Shown one piece after another: positions 49,434-57,971 of a stretch of 64,000 bases of DNA (position 1 is the first letter of the stretch; every line of letters starts with the position of its first letter). The stretch comes from Terriglobia bacterium (GTDB taxonomy: Bacteria > Acidobacteriota > Terriglobia > 20CM-2-55-15): NCBI GenBank assembly GCA_965198225.1, contig CBDAOY010000008.1, forward strand, positions 512,001 to 576,000, given 5' to 3'. Position numbers and translations under genes: made by a program. The notes under the pieces were generated by a model that worked only from the letters and a program-made list of their open reading frames with translations, was not told the origin of the DNA and searched no databases.

Positions 49434-49895
49434 CTACAGCGCTTCCAGGACCTCTTCGAAGTGGCCGTCTACCTTGACGTTGGGAAAGATTTTAGAGATC
49501 TTGCCGTCTTCGTCGATGATGAAAGTGGAGCGTGCGATCCCGAGCCTTTTCTTTCCGTACACGTTCTTTTCCCGGAGTGCGCCGTACTTGTCGATAATCT
49601 TCTTTTCCGGGTCTGACAACAGCGGAAAATTCAGTTCGTACTTCTCTTTGAATCTCTCGTGAGACGCGACGCTGTCACCGCTCATACCGAACACGACCGC
49701 ACCGCGCTTCGTGAGCTTTTGCATTCCGTCCCGGAACGCGATCGCCTCTCGAGTTCAGCCGGGTGTGCTGTCTTTCGGGTAGAAGAACAGCACGACCTTC
49801 TTGCCTTTGAGATCCGACAGCCTGACGTTTTCTCCGCCATCGGCTTCGACTGTGAAATCCGGCGCCATCTGTCCAACCTTCAGCTCGTTTGCCAT
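49434..49895 (-). CDS. bcp: Bcp/PrxQ peroxiredoxin with in-frame UGA (selenocysteine) at the peroxidatic site
   Basis: [14 protein letters not shown]...[22 protein letters not shown]...[10 protein letters not shown]; UGA at 49755-49757 (codon 47) replaces the catalytic Cys; RBS GGAGGA. Confidence 0.92.
49720..49739 (-). promoter_or_regulatory. Candidate bacterial SECIS hairpin
   Basis: GCGUUCCG-GGA-CGGAAUGC stem-loop starting 15 nt 3' of the UGA, G-rich apical loop. Confidence 0.6.
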
Positions 49896-50014
49896 GAGCG
49901 AATCCTCCAGGAGACCCATACCACAGAATCAAGGCAGAGATTATATAATCAACCGCCCGGACCAGGACTTCCTGTCCGACGCAATCATCAGACGTCTTAA
50001 AAGAGGAATCAAGA

Positions 50015-50788
50015 ATGGACTACCGGAACGTCAAGTTCGAAGCCGAGGGCATCGCGTTTCTCACCATCAATCGGCCCGAGAAGCGAAACGCCTTGAATCA
50101 GGCGACACGCGACGAAATCCTCCACGTCCTCGACAACATCCAGGAGTCCGCAGCACGGGTTCTGATCATCACCGGCGAGGGTGAGAAAGCGTTCATCGCG
50201 GGCGCCGACATCAGCGAATTCGAGGGAAGAACGGCATTGGATCAGCGCGACGTGATGAAGCAGCGCCGTATCTTCGACGCGATCGAAGAGTGTCCGTTGC
50301 CTGTGATCGCCATGATCAACGGTTTCTGTCTCGGCGGCGGCATGGAAGTCGCGCTGGCGTGTGACATCCGCATCGCGAGCTCTAACGCAAGACTCGGCCA
50401 ACCCGAAATCAATCTCGGGATCATCCCTGGCGGCGGTGGGACCCAACGCCTGACGCGACTCGTCGGGGAAGGCAAGAGCATGGAGCTGATCCTGACCGGC
50501 GACATCATCGACGCTGGAATAGCCTACGACCTCGGTCTGGTAAACCATGTCGTTCCGCAAGAAGAACTCCACGACTTCACGTTCGGGCTGGCGAGTCGCA
50601 TGGCCGACAAGAGCCCCGTGGCGCTGGGCCTGGCCAAGGAATCGATCAAGAATGCTGGACGGATGGGAGTCCGTGAGGCGATGGAACGGGAGACGGACCT
50701 GTTCTGTCTGGCGTTTACGAGCGACGACAAACGGGAAGGCGTTTCCGCATTCATGGACAAGCGGAAGGCCGACTTCAAGGGGCGCTAG
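50015..50788 (+). CDS. Enoyl-CoA hydratase (crotonase)
   Basis: NRPEKRNAL, AFIAGADI, LGGGME, GQPEINLGIIPGGGGTQRL. Confidence 0.92.
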   Translation: MDYRNVKFEAEGIAFLTINRPEKRNALNQATRDEILHVLDNIQESAARVLIITGEGEKAFIAGADISEFEGRTALDQRDVMKQRRIFDAIEECPLPVIAMINGFCLGGGMEVALACDIRIASSNARLGQPEINLGIIPGGGGTQRLTRLVGEGKSMELILTGDIIDAGIAYDLGLVNHVVPQEELHDFTFGLASRMADKSPVALGLAKESIKNAGRMGVREAMERETDLFCLAFTSDDKREGVSAFMDKRKADFKGR

Positions 50789-50820
50789 AATTCCAACGCG
50801 ACGCACCGGATCTACCGACC

Positions 50821-50888
50821 GTGACAAGTGACGAGTGAACAGTGACAAGTTACGTTTTGTCTTCTCTCGTCACTGATCACTCGTCACA
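50821..50888. repeat. Heptamer (GTGACRA) inverted repeat between convergent genes
   Basis: gtgacaa-gtgacga-gtgaaca-gtgacaa vs tcgtcac-tgatcac-tcgtcac. Confidence 0.75.
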
Positions 50889-50914
50889 GAAGTGGACACT
50901 CCCCCTCCCGCCCC

Positions 50915-51943
50915 TCATGGCACCAGTATCAGCTTTCCGAACACCTTTCGCTGCTCGAGCAGTTCGTGCGCTTCGCGCGCATCCGCGAGCGGCATGACGC
51001 GGTCGATCACCGGCTTGAGCTGGCCCCGGAAGACACACGTCATCGCGTCCTGGAAGTCCTTCGGGCTCCCCATCGTCGATCCTATGATCCGGAGTTGGCG
51101 GAAGAAGATGTGGCGCAGGTCCGTCTGTGGTGTCGGGCCGGTCGTCGCTCCGCATGTCAGGATCCGCCCACCGCGGCGCGCCGCCTTCAAGCTCCGGATC
51201 CACGTGTCGGCACCGATGTAGTCGACGACGACGTCGACGCCCCTCTTTCCGGTCAGCTTCCGGACGGCGCGGTCGAACGGCTCCTCCTCGTAGTTGATCA
51301 GGATATCCGCTCCCAGCTCCCGGGCCCGCTCGAGTTTTTCGTCCGAACTCGCCGTCGCGAACACCCGGCAGCCGGCCATCTTGGCGATCTGGATGGCCGC
51401 GGTGCCAACACCGGCTCCTGCCCCGAGGATCAGGACGTCCTCCCCCGGGCGAAGCCTTCCCTTCGTGATCATCATGCTCCACGCCGTCATGAACACAAGG
51501 GGGGCTGCTGCAGCATCCTCGAACGAGATCCCGTCGGGTATGGGAAGGACGTTATGGCAGGAGATCTTCAGCAGTTCCGCGTAGCTTCCCTGGATCGTCT
51601 CCCCGACCATGTGGTAGGTCAGGCACAGGCTGCCCAACCCTGAGGCGCAGAACTCGCAGCGGCCACAGCTGATGCCGGGGTTGATCGTCACCCGCTGCCC
51701 GACCTCCAACCCCTGCACATCGGGTCCGATCTCTCGCACCACACCCGCTGCGTCGCCCCCCGGGATGTGAGGCAAGGGGAGCTTGATGCCCGGCAAGCCG
51801 CGCCGGACGAAAATGTCGAGGTGGTTGACCGAAGCGGCGCGGACTTCGATCAGGACCTCTTGGCCGGACGGCGTCGGATCCGATGCGTCCTCGAACCGAA
51901 GGACCTCCGGACCGCCGTGTTCGTGAAAAAGGACGGCCTTCAT
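50915..51943 (-). CDS. Zinc-binding (MDR) dehydrogenase/reductase
   Basis: VNHLD, CGRCEFC..C structural Zn site, GAGAGVG, GKLIL. Confidence 0.9.
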   Translation of the reverse strand: MKAVLFHEHGGPEVLRFEDASDPTPSGQEVLIEVRAASVNHLDIFVRRGLPGIKLPLPHIPGGDAAGVVREIGPDVQGLEVGQRVTINPGISCGRCEFCASGLGSLCLTYHMVGETIQGSYAELLKISCHNVLPIPDGISFEDAAAAPLVFMTAWSMMITKGRLRPGEDVLILGAGAGVGTAAIQIAKMAGCRVFATASSDEKLERARELGADILINYEEEPFDRAVRKLTGKRGVDVVVDYIGADTWIRSLKAARRGGRILTCGATTGPTPQTDLRHIFFRQLRIIGSTMGSPKDFQDAMTCVFRGQLKPVIDRVMPLADAREAHELLEQRKVFGKLILVP

Positions 51944-52014
51944 GATTCGCGTAGTGTATGTGCTAAATTTGCTCTTTTCAATCTGACGCAGAGCTCGGGG
52001 ACGGAGGGATTCCT

Positions 52015-52872
52015 ATGAATGTGAAAACGATTGCTGTTATCGGTGCGGGAATCATGGGGCGGGGGATCGCACATGTAGCAGCTCTCGGCGGCTTCGATCC
52101 AATTCTGAACGATGTCTCCGCCGAGCTTCTTGAATCGGCCCGGAGCCGAATCGGACGGGACATGCAGAAGGGCGTCGATCGGGGCAAATTGGGGGCGGAA
52201 GCCATGCGCGCGGGTCTGGATCGCTTGAGGACCTCGACCGACTTGGCGGAATCAGCCGCGGAAGCCGACCTCGTTATCGAAGCTGTTCCGGAAAAGATCG
52301 ACCTGAAGATGGATCTCTTCGGGCGCCTCGACAAGGCCGCCCCGGACCACGCCGTCCTCGCTACGAACACTTCCGGTTTGAGCATCACGGAAATGGCGGC
52401 AGCGACCGAGCGTCCGGAGAGAGTCATCGGCATGCACTTCTTCAACCCTGTTCATAAGATGAAACTCGTCGAAATCATACGGGGCCTGGAAACCGATGAC
52501 GACACCCTCACGACCGTCGAAGCCGTGTCGAGAAAGATGGGTAAGGAAACGGTCGAGATCAACGAATCGCCTGGGTTTGTGACATCGCGAATCAACGCCT
52601 TGATCGGGAACGAAGCGTTCTACATGCTACAGGCTGGCGTCGGCAGCGCTCGCGACATCGACAAGGCATTGAAGCTGGGCCTGAATCACCCGATGGGACC
52701 GTTTGAGATGATCGACCTGGTCGGATTGGACACGCGCTTGAGCATACTGAATTTCCTACACCAGACGCTGGGCGAGAAGTATCGTCCCTGCCCGTTGCTT
52801 GTGAAGTACGTAAAGGCCGGCCGCTTCGGACGGAAGGTCGGCAAGGGCGTCTACGAGTATCCGGACGACTGA
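52015..52872 (+). CDS. 3-hydroxyacyl(butyryl)-CoA dehydrogenase
   Basis: GAGIMGRGIA, EAVPE, GMHFFNP, HPMGPF. Confidence 0.92.
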   Translation: MNVKTIAVIGAGIMGRGIAHVAALGGFDPILNDVSAELLESARSRIGRDMQKGVDRGKLGAEAMRAGLDRLRTSTDLAESAAEADLVIEAVPEKIDLKMDLFGRLDKAAPDHAVLATNTSGLSITEMAAATERPERVIGMHFFNPVHKMKLVEIIRGLETDDDTLTTVEAVSRKMGKETVEINESPGFVTSRINALIGNEAFYMLQAGVGSARDIDKALKLGLNHPMGPFEMIDLVGLDTRLSILNFLHQTLGEKYRPCPLLVKYVKAGRFGRKVGKGVYEYPDD

Positions 52873-52886
52873 CTTCGGAGCTTAGG

Positions 52887-53618
52887 GTGCAGATCGAAGG
52901 ATCCATATTCCTGGTTACAGGTTCGGCTCGGAGGGTCGGTCGCGCGATTGCGCTCGAGCTGGCCCGGCTGGGTGGCCGGCTGGCCGTGCATTACCGCACC
53001 TCCCGGGATGACGCGGCGGACACCCTGCGACGGATCAAAGATCTCGGCGCGGACGGCGAACTGTTCCAGGCCGACCTGGTAGACGATCGGGCGCGGGAGC
53101 GGATGATCGACGACATCAGGTCCCGCCTGGGATCGATTCGAATCCTCGTCAATAACGCCTCGGTGTTTTCGCCGGGTACCCTTGATGACAGCAGCCCCGA
53201 AATGTGGGACGAGCAGCTGGATACCAATGCCAAGGTGCCGTTCTTCCTCGCGCAGGCGTGCGGTCGCGAGATGCTGGAGGCCGGGGCCGGCAAGATCATC
53301 AACATCGCCGATCCCGCCGGTGAGATGATCTGGACGAGGTACTTTCCCTACAGCGTTTCCAAGGCGGCGCTGCTGGCCGTCACACGCGGCCTGGCTCGAT
53401 CGCTCGCCCCGGCGGTTCAGGTCAACGCGATTGCTCCAGGCCCGGTGCACTTCCCCGAAAGTTACACGGACGACCAAAAGCAGCGAGCGATCGAACAGAC
53501 CCTCCTCAAACGAGCCGGCAGTATAGACGACATCGTCCGCGCGGTCGTCTTCATAATCGAGAACGACTACATTACCGGCGAAGTCCTGCACGTCGACGGC
53601 GGGCGACACCTTTTGTAA
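52887..53618 (+). CDS. SDR oxidoreductase (pteridine reductase/FolM-like)
   Basis: TGSARRVG, VNNAS, YSVSK, VNAIAPG. Confidence 0.85.
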   Translation: MQIEGSIFLVTGSARRVGRAIALELARLGGRLAVHYRTSRDDAADTLRRIKDLGADGELFQADLVDDRARERMIDDIRSRLGSIRILVNNASVFSPGTLDDSSPEMWDEQLDTNAKVPFFLAQACGREMLEAGAGKIINIADPAGEMIWTRYFPYSVSKAALLAVTRGLARSLAPAVQVNAIAPGPVHFPESYTDDQKQRAIEQTLLKRAGSIDDIVRAVVFIIENDYITGEVLHVDGGRHLL

Positions 53619-53620
53619 TT

Positions 53621-53812
53621 AGATTTCCGACAATGAGAAATCGAGCAATCTCCAACCTGCAACTTCCAATGCGGATTCGTGCATTAGTAAATCTGCGATA
53701 GACGGACTCTTCTGTCCCATTGCAAATTGCGATATTTGAAAGAATCCACATTGTAGGTTGCTCATTGGAGATTGCTTCATTTCAGATTTCCGACGAAGGA
53801 AAAATCGAGCAA
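53621..53812. repeat. AT-richer long imperfect inverted repeat with flanking direct repeats
   Basis: Arms 53637-53678 and 53742-53783; direct repeats agatttccgac...aaatcgagcaa at 53621 and 53784; related sequence at 39896-39950. Confidence 0.65.
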
Positions 53813-53842
53813 ATTTGCAGCTGTTCGTGTCGCGAAACCGTG

Positions 53843-53913
53843 CCGCGAGAGAGCCACTGTGAGGGGGACAGGGGCCTGGCCCTGTCCCCGGGTGTTTGTT
53901 GAGCAGAAAAGTT
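53843..53913 (+). repeat. Family A palindromic element copy 5
   Basis: ccgcgagagagccactgtgagggggacaggggcctggccctgtccccgggtgtttgttgagcagaaaagtt. Confidence 0.85.
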
Positions 53914-53987
53914 TCGCGGATCTCCCCGGGTGTTCGTTAAAGCACAAAAGTCTAGGGGGTGACAGATGCGTCTCGCTAAGCGGACAG

Positions 53988-54986
53988 CTACAACGCGTTG
54001 ATGATAGCGTCGGTGAATTCCGGTGTGGTCGCGGTGCCGCCCAGGTCGCGGGTCCGGATCTCACCCTTCTCCATGACGGTGTGCAGGGCTTTCCGGATTC
54101 GGCGGCCCGCTTCCTTCTCGCCGATGTGGTCCATCATCAGGCATGCCGAAAGCAGCAGCGCCGTGGGGTTGGCGATGTTCTTGCCCGCGATGTCCGGCGC
54201 ACTTCCGTGCACGGCTTCGAACACGGCAGCGTCGAGCCCGATGTTTGCGCCCGGCACAACGCCGAGACCTCCCACGAGACCGGCAGCAAGGTCAGAAACG
54301 ATATCGCCGTACAGGTTCTCCATCAGGAGCACATCGAACTGGTAGGGATCCAGGACAAGCTGCATGCAGGTGTTGTCGACAATCTTTTCATCGCACTCGA
54401 TGTCGGGATAGTCGACAGCCACTTTCCGAAAACAGTCCAGGAAGAGCCCGTCGCTCTTCTTCATGATGTTCGCCTTGTGCACGGCCGTCACTCGTCTGCG
54501 GCCCGCCGAGCGGGCGTGGTCGAAAGCGAAGCGGGAAATGCGCGTGCAGGCGCGCTCAGTCATGATCTTCAACGACTCGACGACGCCGGGAATGATTTCG
54601 TGTTCGAGGCCGGAATAGAGGCCCTCCGTGTTCTCGCGTACGATAATGAGGTCGACATCGCCAAAACGGGAATCCAGGCCCGGCAGGTTCTTGACCGGGC
54701 GGAGGTTGGCGTAGAGGTCCAGCTGTTTGCGGAGGCGGACATTGACGCTTTCGAATCCCGTTCCGATCGGGGTCGTCACAGGCCCTTTCAGTGCCACTCT
54801 GTTCGTCCGGACCGATTCCAATGCTTCTTCGGGCAGAGTGGAGCCGGTGCGTTCGACGGCTTCGGAACCCACGGTTTGGCGGTCCCATTCCACTTCGACA
54901 CCGGCGCTCTCGAGCACGCGCAGGACAGCCGCCGACACTTCTCGACCGATGCCGTCACCCGGCAGCAACGTGATCCTGTGACTCAT
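53988..54986 (-). CDS. Isocitrate dehydrogenase (NAD-type) / IPMDH family
   Basis: PGDGIG, SVNVRLR, RENTEGLY, VHKANIMK, NLYGDIVSD, FEAVHGSAPDIAG. Confidence 0.92.
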   Translation of the reverse strand: MSHRITLLPGDGIGREVSAAVLRVLESAGVEVEWDRQTVGSEAVERTGSTLPEEALESVRTNRVALKGPVTTPIGTGFESVNVRLRKQLDLYANLRPVKNLPGLDSRFGDVDLIIVRENTEGLYSGLEHEIIPGVVESLKIMTERACTRISRFAFDHARSAGRRRVTAVHKANIMKKSDGLFLDCFRKVAVDYPDIECDEKIVDNTCMQLVLDPYQFDVLLMENLYGDIVSDLAAGLVGGLGVVPGANIGLDAAVFEAVHGSAPDIAGKNIANPTALLLSACLMMDHIGEKEAGRRIRKALHTVMEKGEIRTRDLGGTATTPEFTDAIINAL

Positions 54987-55219
54987 ACTCTCCAAATCTA
55001 ACACGCGAGCGGTCCCTTCGGTAGTTTGGATGCAAGGGGCGTGTCGCCGGGTTTCACCTTCAGGCCGTTCGTCCGGAATACCCCGCCAATTCAGCGTTTG
55101 AGGTCATTTCGACAGCGGCTCACGACTCCCGTCTAGTTCTTGACTTGACTCATACCCTATGGTAAAAACCGCGACCATGCGGCAGAAAGACACGGTCTTG
55201 ATCAGACGAGGAGGCAGCT

Positions 55220-55501
55220 ATGAATAAGGGCGAGTTGGTCGAACGCATCGCGAAAGATGCGAAACTCTCGAAAACGCAGGCCACCAATGCACTGAACTCG
55301 GCGCTTGGGGCCGTCCAGGGAACTCTCAAGAAAGGCGGCAAGGTGACCCTGGTCGGATTCGGGACCTTCTCGGTGTCGAAACGAAAGGCACGGACCGGAC
55401 GGAATCCACAGACGGGAGCGAAACTGAAGATTGCGGCACGTCGCGTTGCCCGGTTCTCACCGGGGGCGGACCTGAAGAAGGCGGTCAACAGGGGGAAATA
55501 G
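55220..55501 (+). CDS. hup: HU DNA-binding protein
   Basis: MNKGELV, GFGTF, ARTGRNPQTG; strong RBS; possible TTGACT-N17-TAAAAA promoter at 55140-55168. Confidence 0.95.
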   Translation: MNKGELVERIAKDAKLSKTQATNALNSALGAVQGTLKKGGKVTLVGFGTFSVSKRKARTGRNPQTGAKLKIAARRVARFSPGADLKKAVNRGK

Positions 55502-55765
55502 ATCCCGGTGCGTCGCTCGGCCGGAGGCCATCGCTACCTCCGCATTCCACTGAGGGATCTGCTCGATTTGAGCAGGGCGAAAGAGTTATGTACCTGAGGC
55601 GGTGAAGTTTATTAGAATAGTGGACTTTGGGAGTGCCGGTCTGGTGAATTTGCCCAGGGTCTGACGACACACAATCGAGGGACGCCGGCAGCCATATGGC
55701 TGAACTTTTACTTACTGCCTAAAGGACAGGTAGCCGAAATCCAACGAATTCAGAAGGGGGAGTTA

Positions 55766-56482
55766 ATGCGTAGTTCAAATCGACGATTCCCGAACTTGGG
55801 AGTTTTCATCCTGATCGGAGCCGTTTCGCTTTCCGGGTGCGCCACGAAGAATTTCGTGCTTGAGGAGATCGCTCCGATCGAGGCGCGGGTTTCCGAACTG
55901 GAATCGACCGACACGGAGCACGCTGAAAGGATCGACGCCGTCGATCAGCGGGCTCAGGAAGGCATCAGTCAGGCGAACACGGCGAACACAGCGGCAGCGG
56001 CGGCTGATAGCAAAGCTGAGTCCGCCGGCGAGGATGCGGCAACTGCCGATCGTAAGGCAGAAGCGGCTCAGCAGAGCGCGGACCAGGCGATGAACCGGCT
56101 TGGTACCGTCGAGAACCGCCTGGGTACGCTCTACGACTATTCGGTCACCCAGACTGTGACGGTCACGTTCGGCCTCGAGAGCGCCGCGCTGTCGGATGAA
56201 GCCAACGGCACGCTGGACGGTATTGCGGGTCAAGTGCAGGACGGCGACTTCGTTGAAGTCCAGGGCTACACCGACTCCACCGGTGAGGACGGTTACAACA
56301 TCGCCCTCAGCGACCGGCGGGCGCAGGCCGTCAAACGGTACCTGGTTTCGAAGGAGGTGCCGTTGTTCCGGATCGAGGTCGTGGGCCTGGGAGAAATGGA
56401 TCCTGCCGCGTCGAATGACGATCGTGCCGGGCGCGAGCAGAACCGACGAGTTGAAGTCCGAATTCTGCGGGCAGGCTCGTAA
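55766..56482 (+). CDS. OmpA-family lipoprotein with Ala-rich coiled coil
   Basis: Lipobox LSGC, GYTDSTG..YN..LS.RRA.AV, NRRVEV. Confidence 0.9.
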   Translation: MRSSNRRFPNLGVFILIGAVSLSGCATKNFVLEEIAPIEARVSELESTDTEHAERIDAVDQRAQEGISQANTANTAAAAADSKAESAGEDAATADRKAEAAQQSADQAMNRLGTVENRLGTLYDYSVTQTVTVTFGLESAALSDEANGTLDGIAGQVQDGDFVEVQGYTDSTGEDGYNIALSDRRAQAVKRYLVSKEVPLFRIEVVGLGEMDPAASNDDRAGREQNRRVEVRILRAGS

Positions 56483-56498
56483 TAATTCGTCTCTGAAT

Positions 56499-56534
56499 AG
56501 CGAAAAGGGGCGAGTGATCTCGCCCCTTTTTGCT
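56499..56534. terminator. Bidirectional intrinsic terminator
   Basis: aaaaggggcgag-tgat-ctcgccccttttt between convergent genes. Confidence 0.85.
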
Positions 56535-56548
56535 CGGACCAGTGGGCC

Positions 56549-57586
56549 TTACTGGGCGTAGTAGCCTGCCCGAGACTGACGGACCTGATAGGCTCCACTT
56601 CCTACCTTAACAACGATCCTCCGCAGTCCTTCATCGGGTTCCGCCGGCGGCGGAACGTAGCCCAGGCTGTAAGCACTCCCGAGTTCCTGGCCTATCGCCT
56701 CATACAGCGGAATCACATCATCTATCGTCTGAGGAAACAACACCCGGCCTCCGGAAATCTCTGCAAGGTTTTCCATTCGCAGCCGGACCTGTTTCAAGTA
56801 CTGATCCGGAATCGAAGAATCTTTGTAGATGATCTTCAAGTTCCGGTACTCGTCGGCACCCCGGGTGTTGCCCTCGAGGTTGCGATCCGTGTTGATGGCG
56901 ATGAAGTGGACGGGAATGCCGTTCTCTTCCGCCGTGTTGCGCAGGCCGCGGTACCGGCGATCCTGCTCCGGTGTCATCACACGGTTGCGCCGGACGATGT
57001 CGCGGTACAAGGACGTATCACGACCGTCAGTCAGAACGATCACTGCCCGGCGCTCGCGAATGCGGTTGAACGAGCGGTCCAACACCCGTTCCAGTGCTCT
57101 GTAGAATTCCGTCGTCCCGCCGGATTCACGATCCTCCGTCAGCGGATCCAGCGCCCGCAGGGCCTCATCGCGGGGAGAATCCCAGTCAGCGAGCGTCTGC
57201 AGGCCTTCATCGAATAATCCGATCGAGATGCGATCCTGCGGCTTGATGTAGCCCGCGAAACCCGCGACGGCGCGGCGCATGAAGTCCCACTTATGACGCG
57301 TACTGCCGGAACTGTCGAAGAGCAGGTAGACGTGATACGGCGCCGTGCTGGAGCCAAAATAGCGAAGCTCCTGGAGTTTCCCGTTCTCGTATATCTCGAA
57401 GTCTTCGGCGCCGAGACCGTCCACGGGTTGTCCCGTCGCGTCGGTGACTGACACGTCCAGACTGACGACCGGCACGTCGACCCGGAGCGTGAAGTCCTGT
57501 TCCTGCCCGAAAAGCGTGGCGGATGAAACCAAACACCAGAGCATCGGTCTAAGTACTCGTAGCATGGTTGTGTGGTATCGTAGCAT
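56549..57586 (-). CDS. Exported VWA-domain protein (acidobacterial type)
   Basis: LRVDVPVV..VSVTD, MIDAS DSSGS, LTDGRD, YSLGY. Confidence 0.85.
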   Translation of the reverse strand: MLRYHTTMLRVLRPMLWCLVSSATLFGQEQDFTLRVDVPVVSLDVSVTDATGQPVDGLGAEDFEIYENGKLQELRYFGSSTAPYHVYLLFDSSGSTRHKWDFMRRAVAGFAGYIKPQDRISIGLFDEGLQTLADWDSPRDEALRALDPLTEDRESGGTTEFYRALERVLDRSFNRIRERRAVIVLTDGRDTSLYRDIVRRNRVMTPEQDRRYRGLRNTAEENGIPVHFIAINTDRNLEGNTRGADEYRNLKIIYKDSSIPDQYLKQVRLRMENLAEISGGRVLFPQTIDDVIPLYEAIGQELGSAYSLGYVPPPAEPDEGLRRIVVKVGSGAYQVRQSRAGYYAQ

Positions 57587-57662
57587 GAGAAACCGACACG
57601 CTCACTCGAGGCCGATTCTGAGAGTCCGGAGCCGCTCGACGGATTCCTGAAGGAGGCTTATC

Positions 57663-57878
57663 TTGAAGAAACTATTGCTATTAGCGTCGATGATCGGGGC
57701 CGTGGCCATTGTACTGGCGCCACAGGCCGGAGGGACGCCCGAGTTTGCCAAGAAGGAAAAGAAGAGCTGTCTCACCTGTCACACCGCGATGGGAAAGCCC
57801 GATCTGAATGGGGCCGGAAAGTACTACAAGGAACACCAAACCCTCAAGGGCTACAAGAAGCCCCCTCCCGGCGAATAG
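57663..57878 (+). CDS. Small exported monoheme c-type cytochrome
   Basis: RBS AGGAGG, signal peptide, PEFAKKEKKSCLTCH...PDLN..GKYYK. Confidence 0.75.
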   Translation: MKKLLLLASMIGAVAIVLAPQAGGTPEFAKKEKKSCLTCHTAMGKPDLNGAGKYYKEHQTLKGYKKPPPGE

Positions 57879-57971
57879 CAGCGGCAGTCTAGTTCCGATA
57901 CCAGTCCTGCCGGCGTTCCCATTCGAAGGCCTCCCGAAAGTACCTCTTCAGCAGCGAAACAGCGGGCCCGG

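Noticed and set aside
53720-55001. ORFs containing GTGAWPCPRVF-like peptides (also near 32435)
   Set aside because: Translations of the family A repeat, not proteins.
55670-55745. Possible c-di-GMP-I riboswitch upstream of ompA (GGACGC...GCCTAA...GGTAGCC)
   Set aside because: Lacks the GCAAA/GNRA P2 stem and a convincing P1; an Infernal search would be needed.
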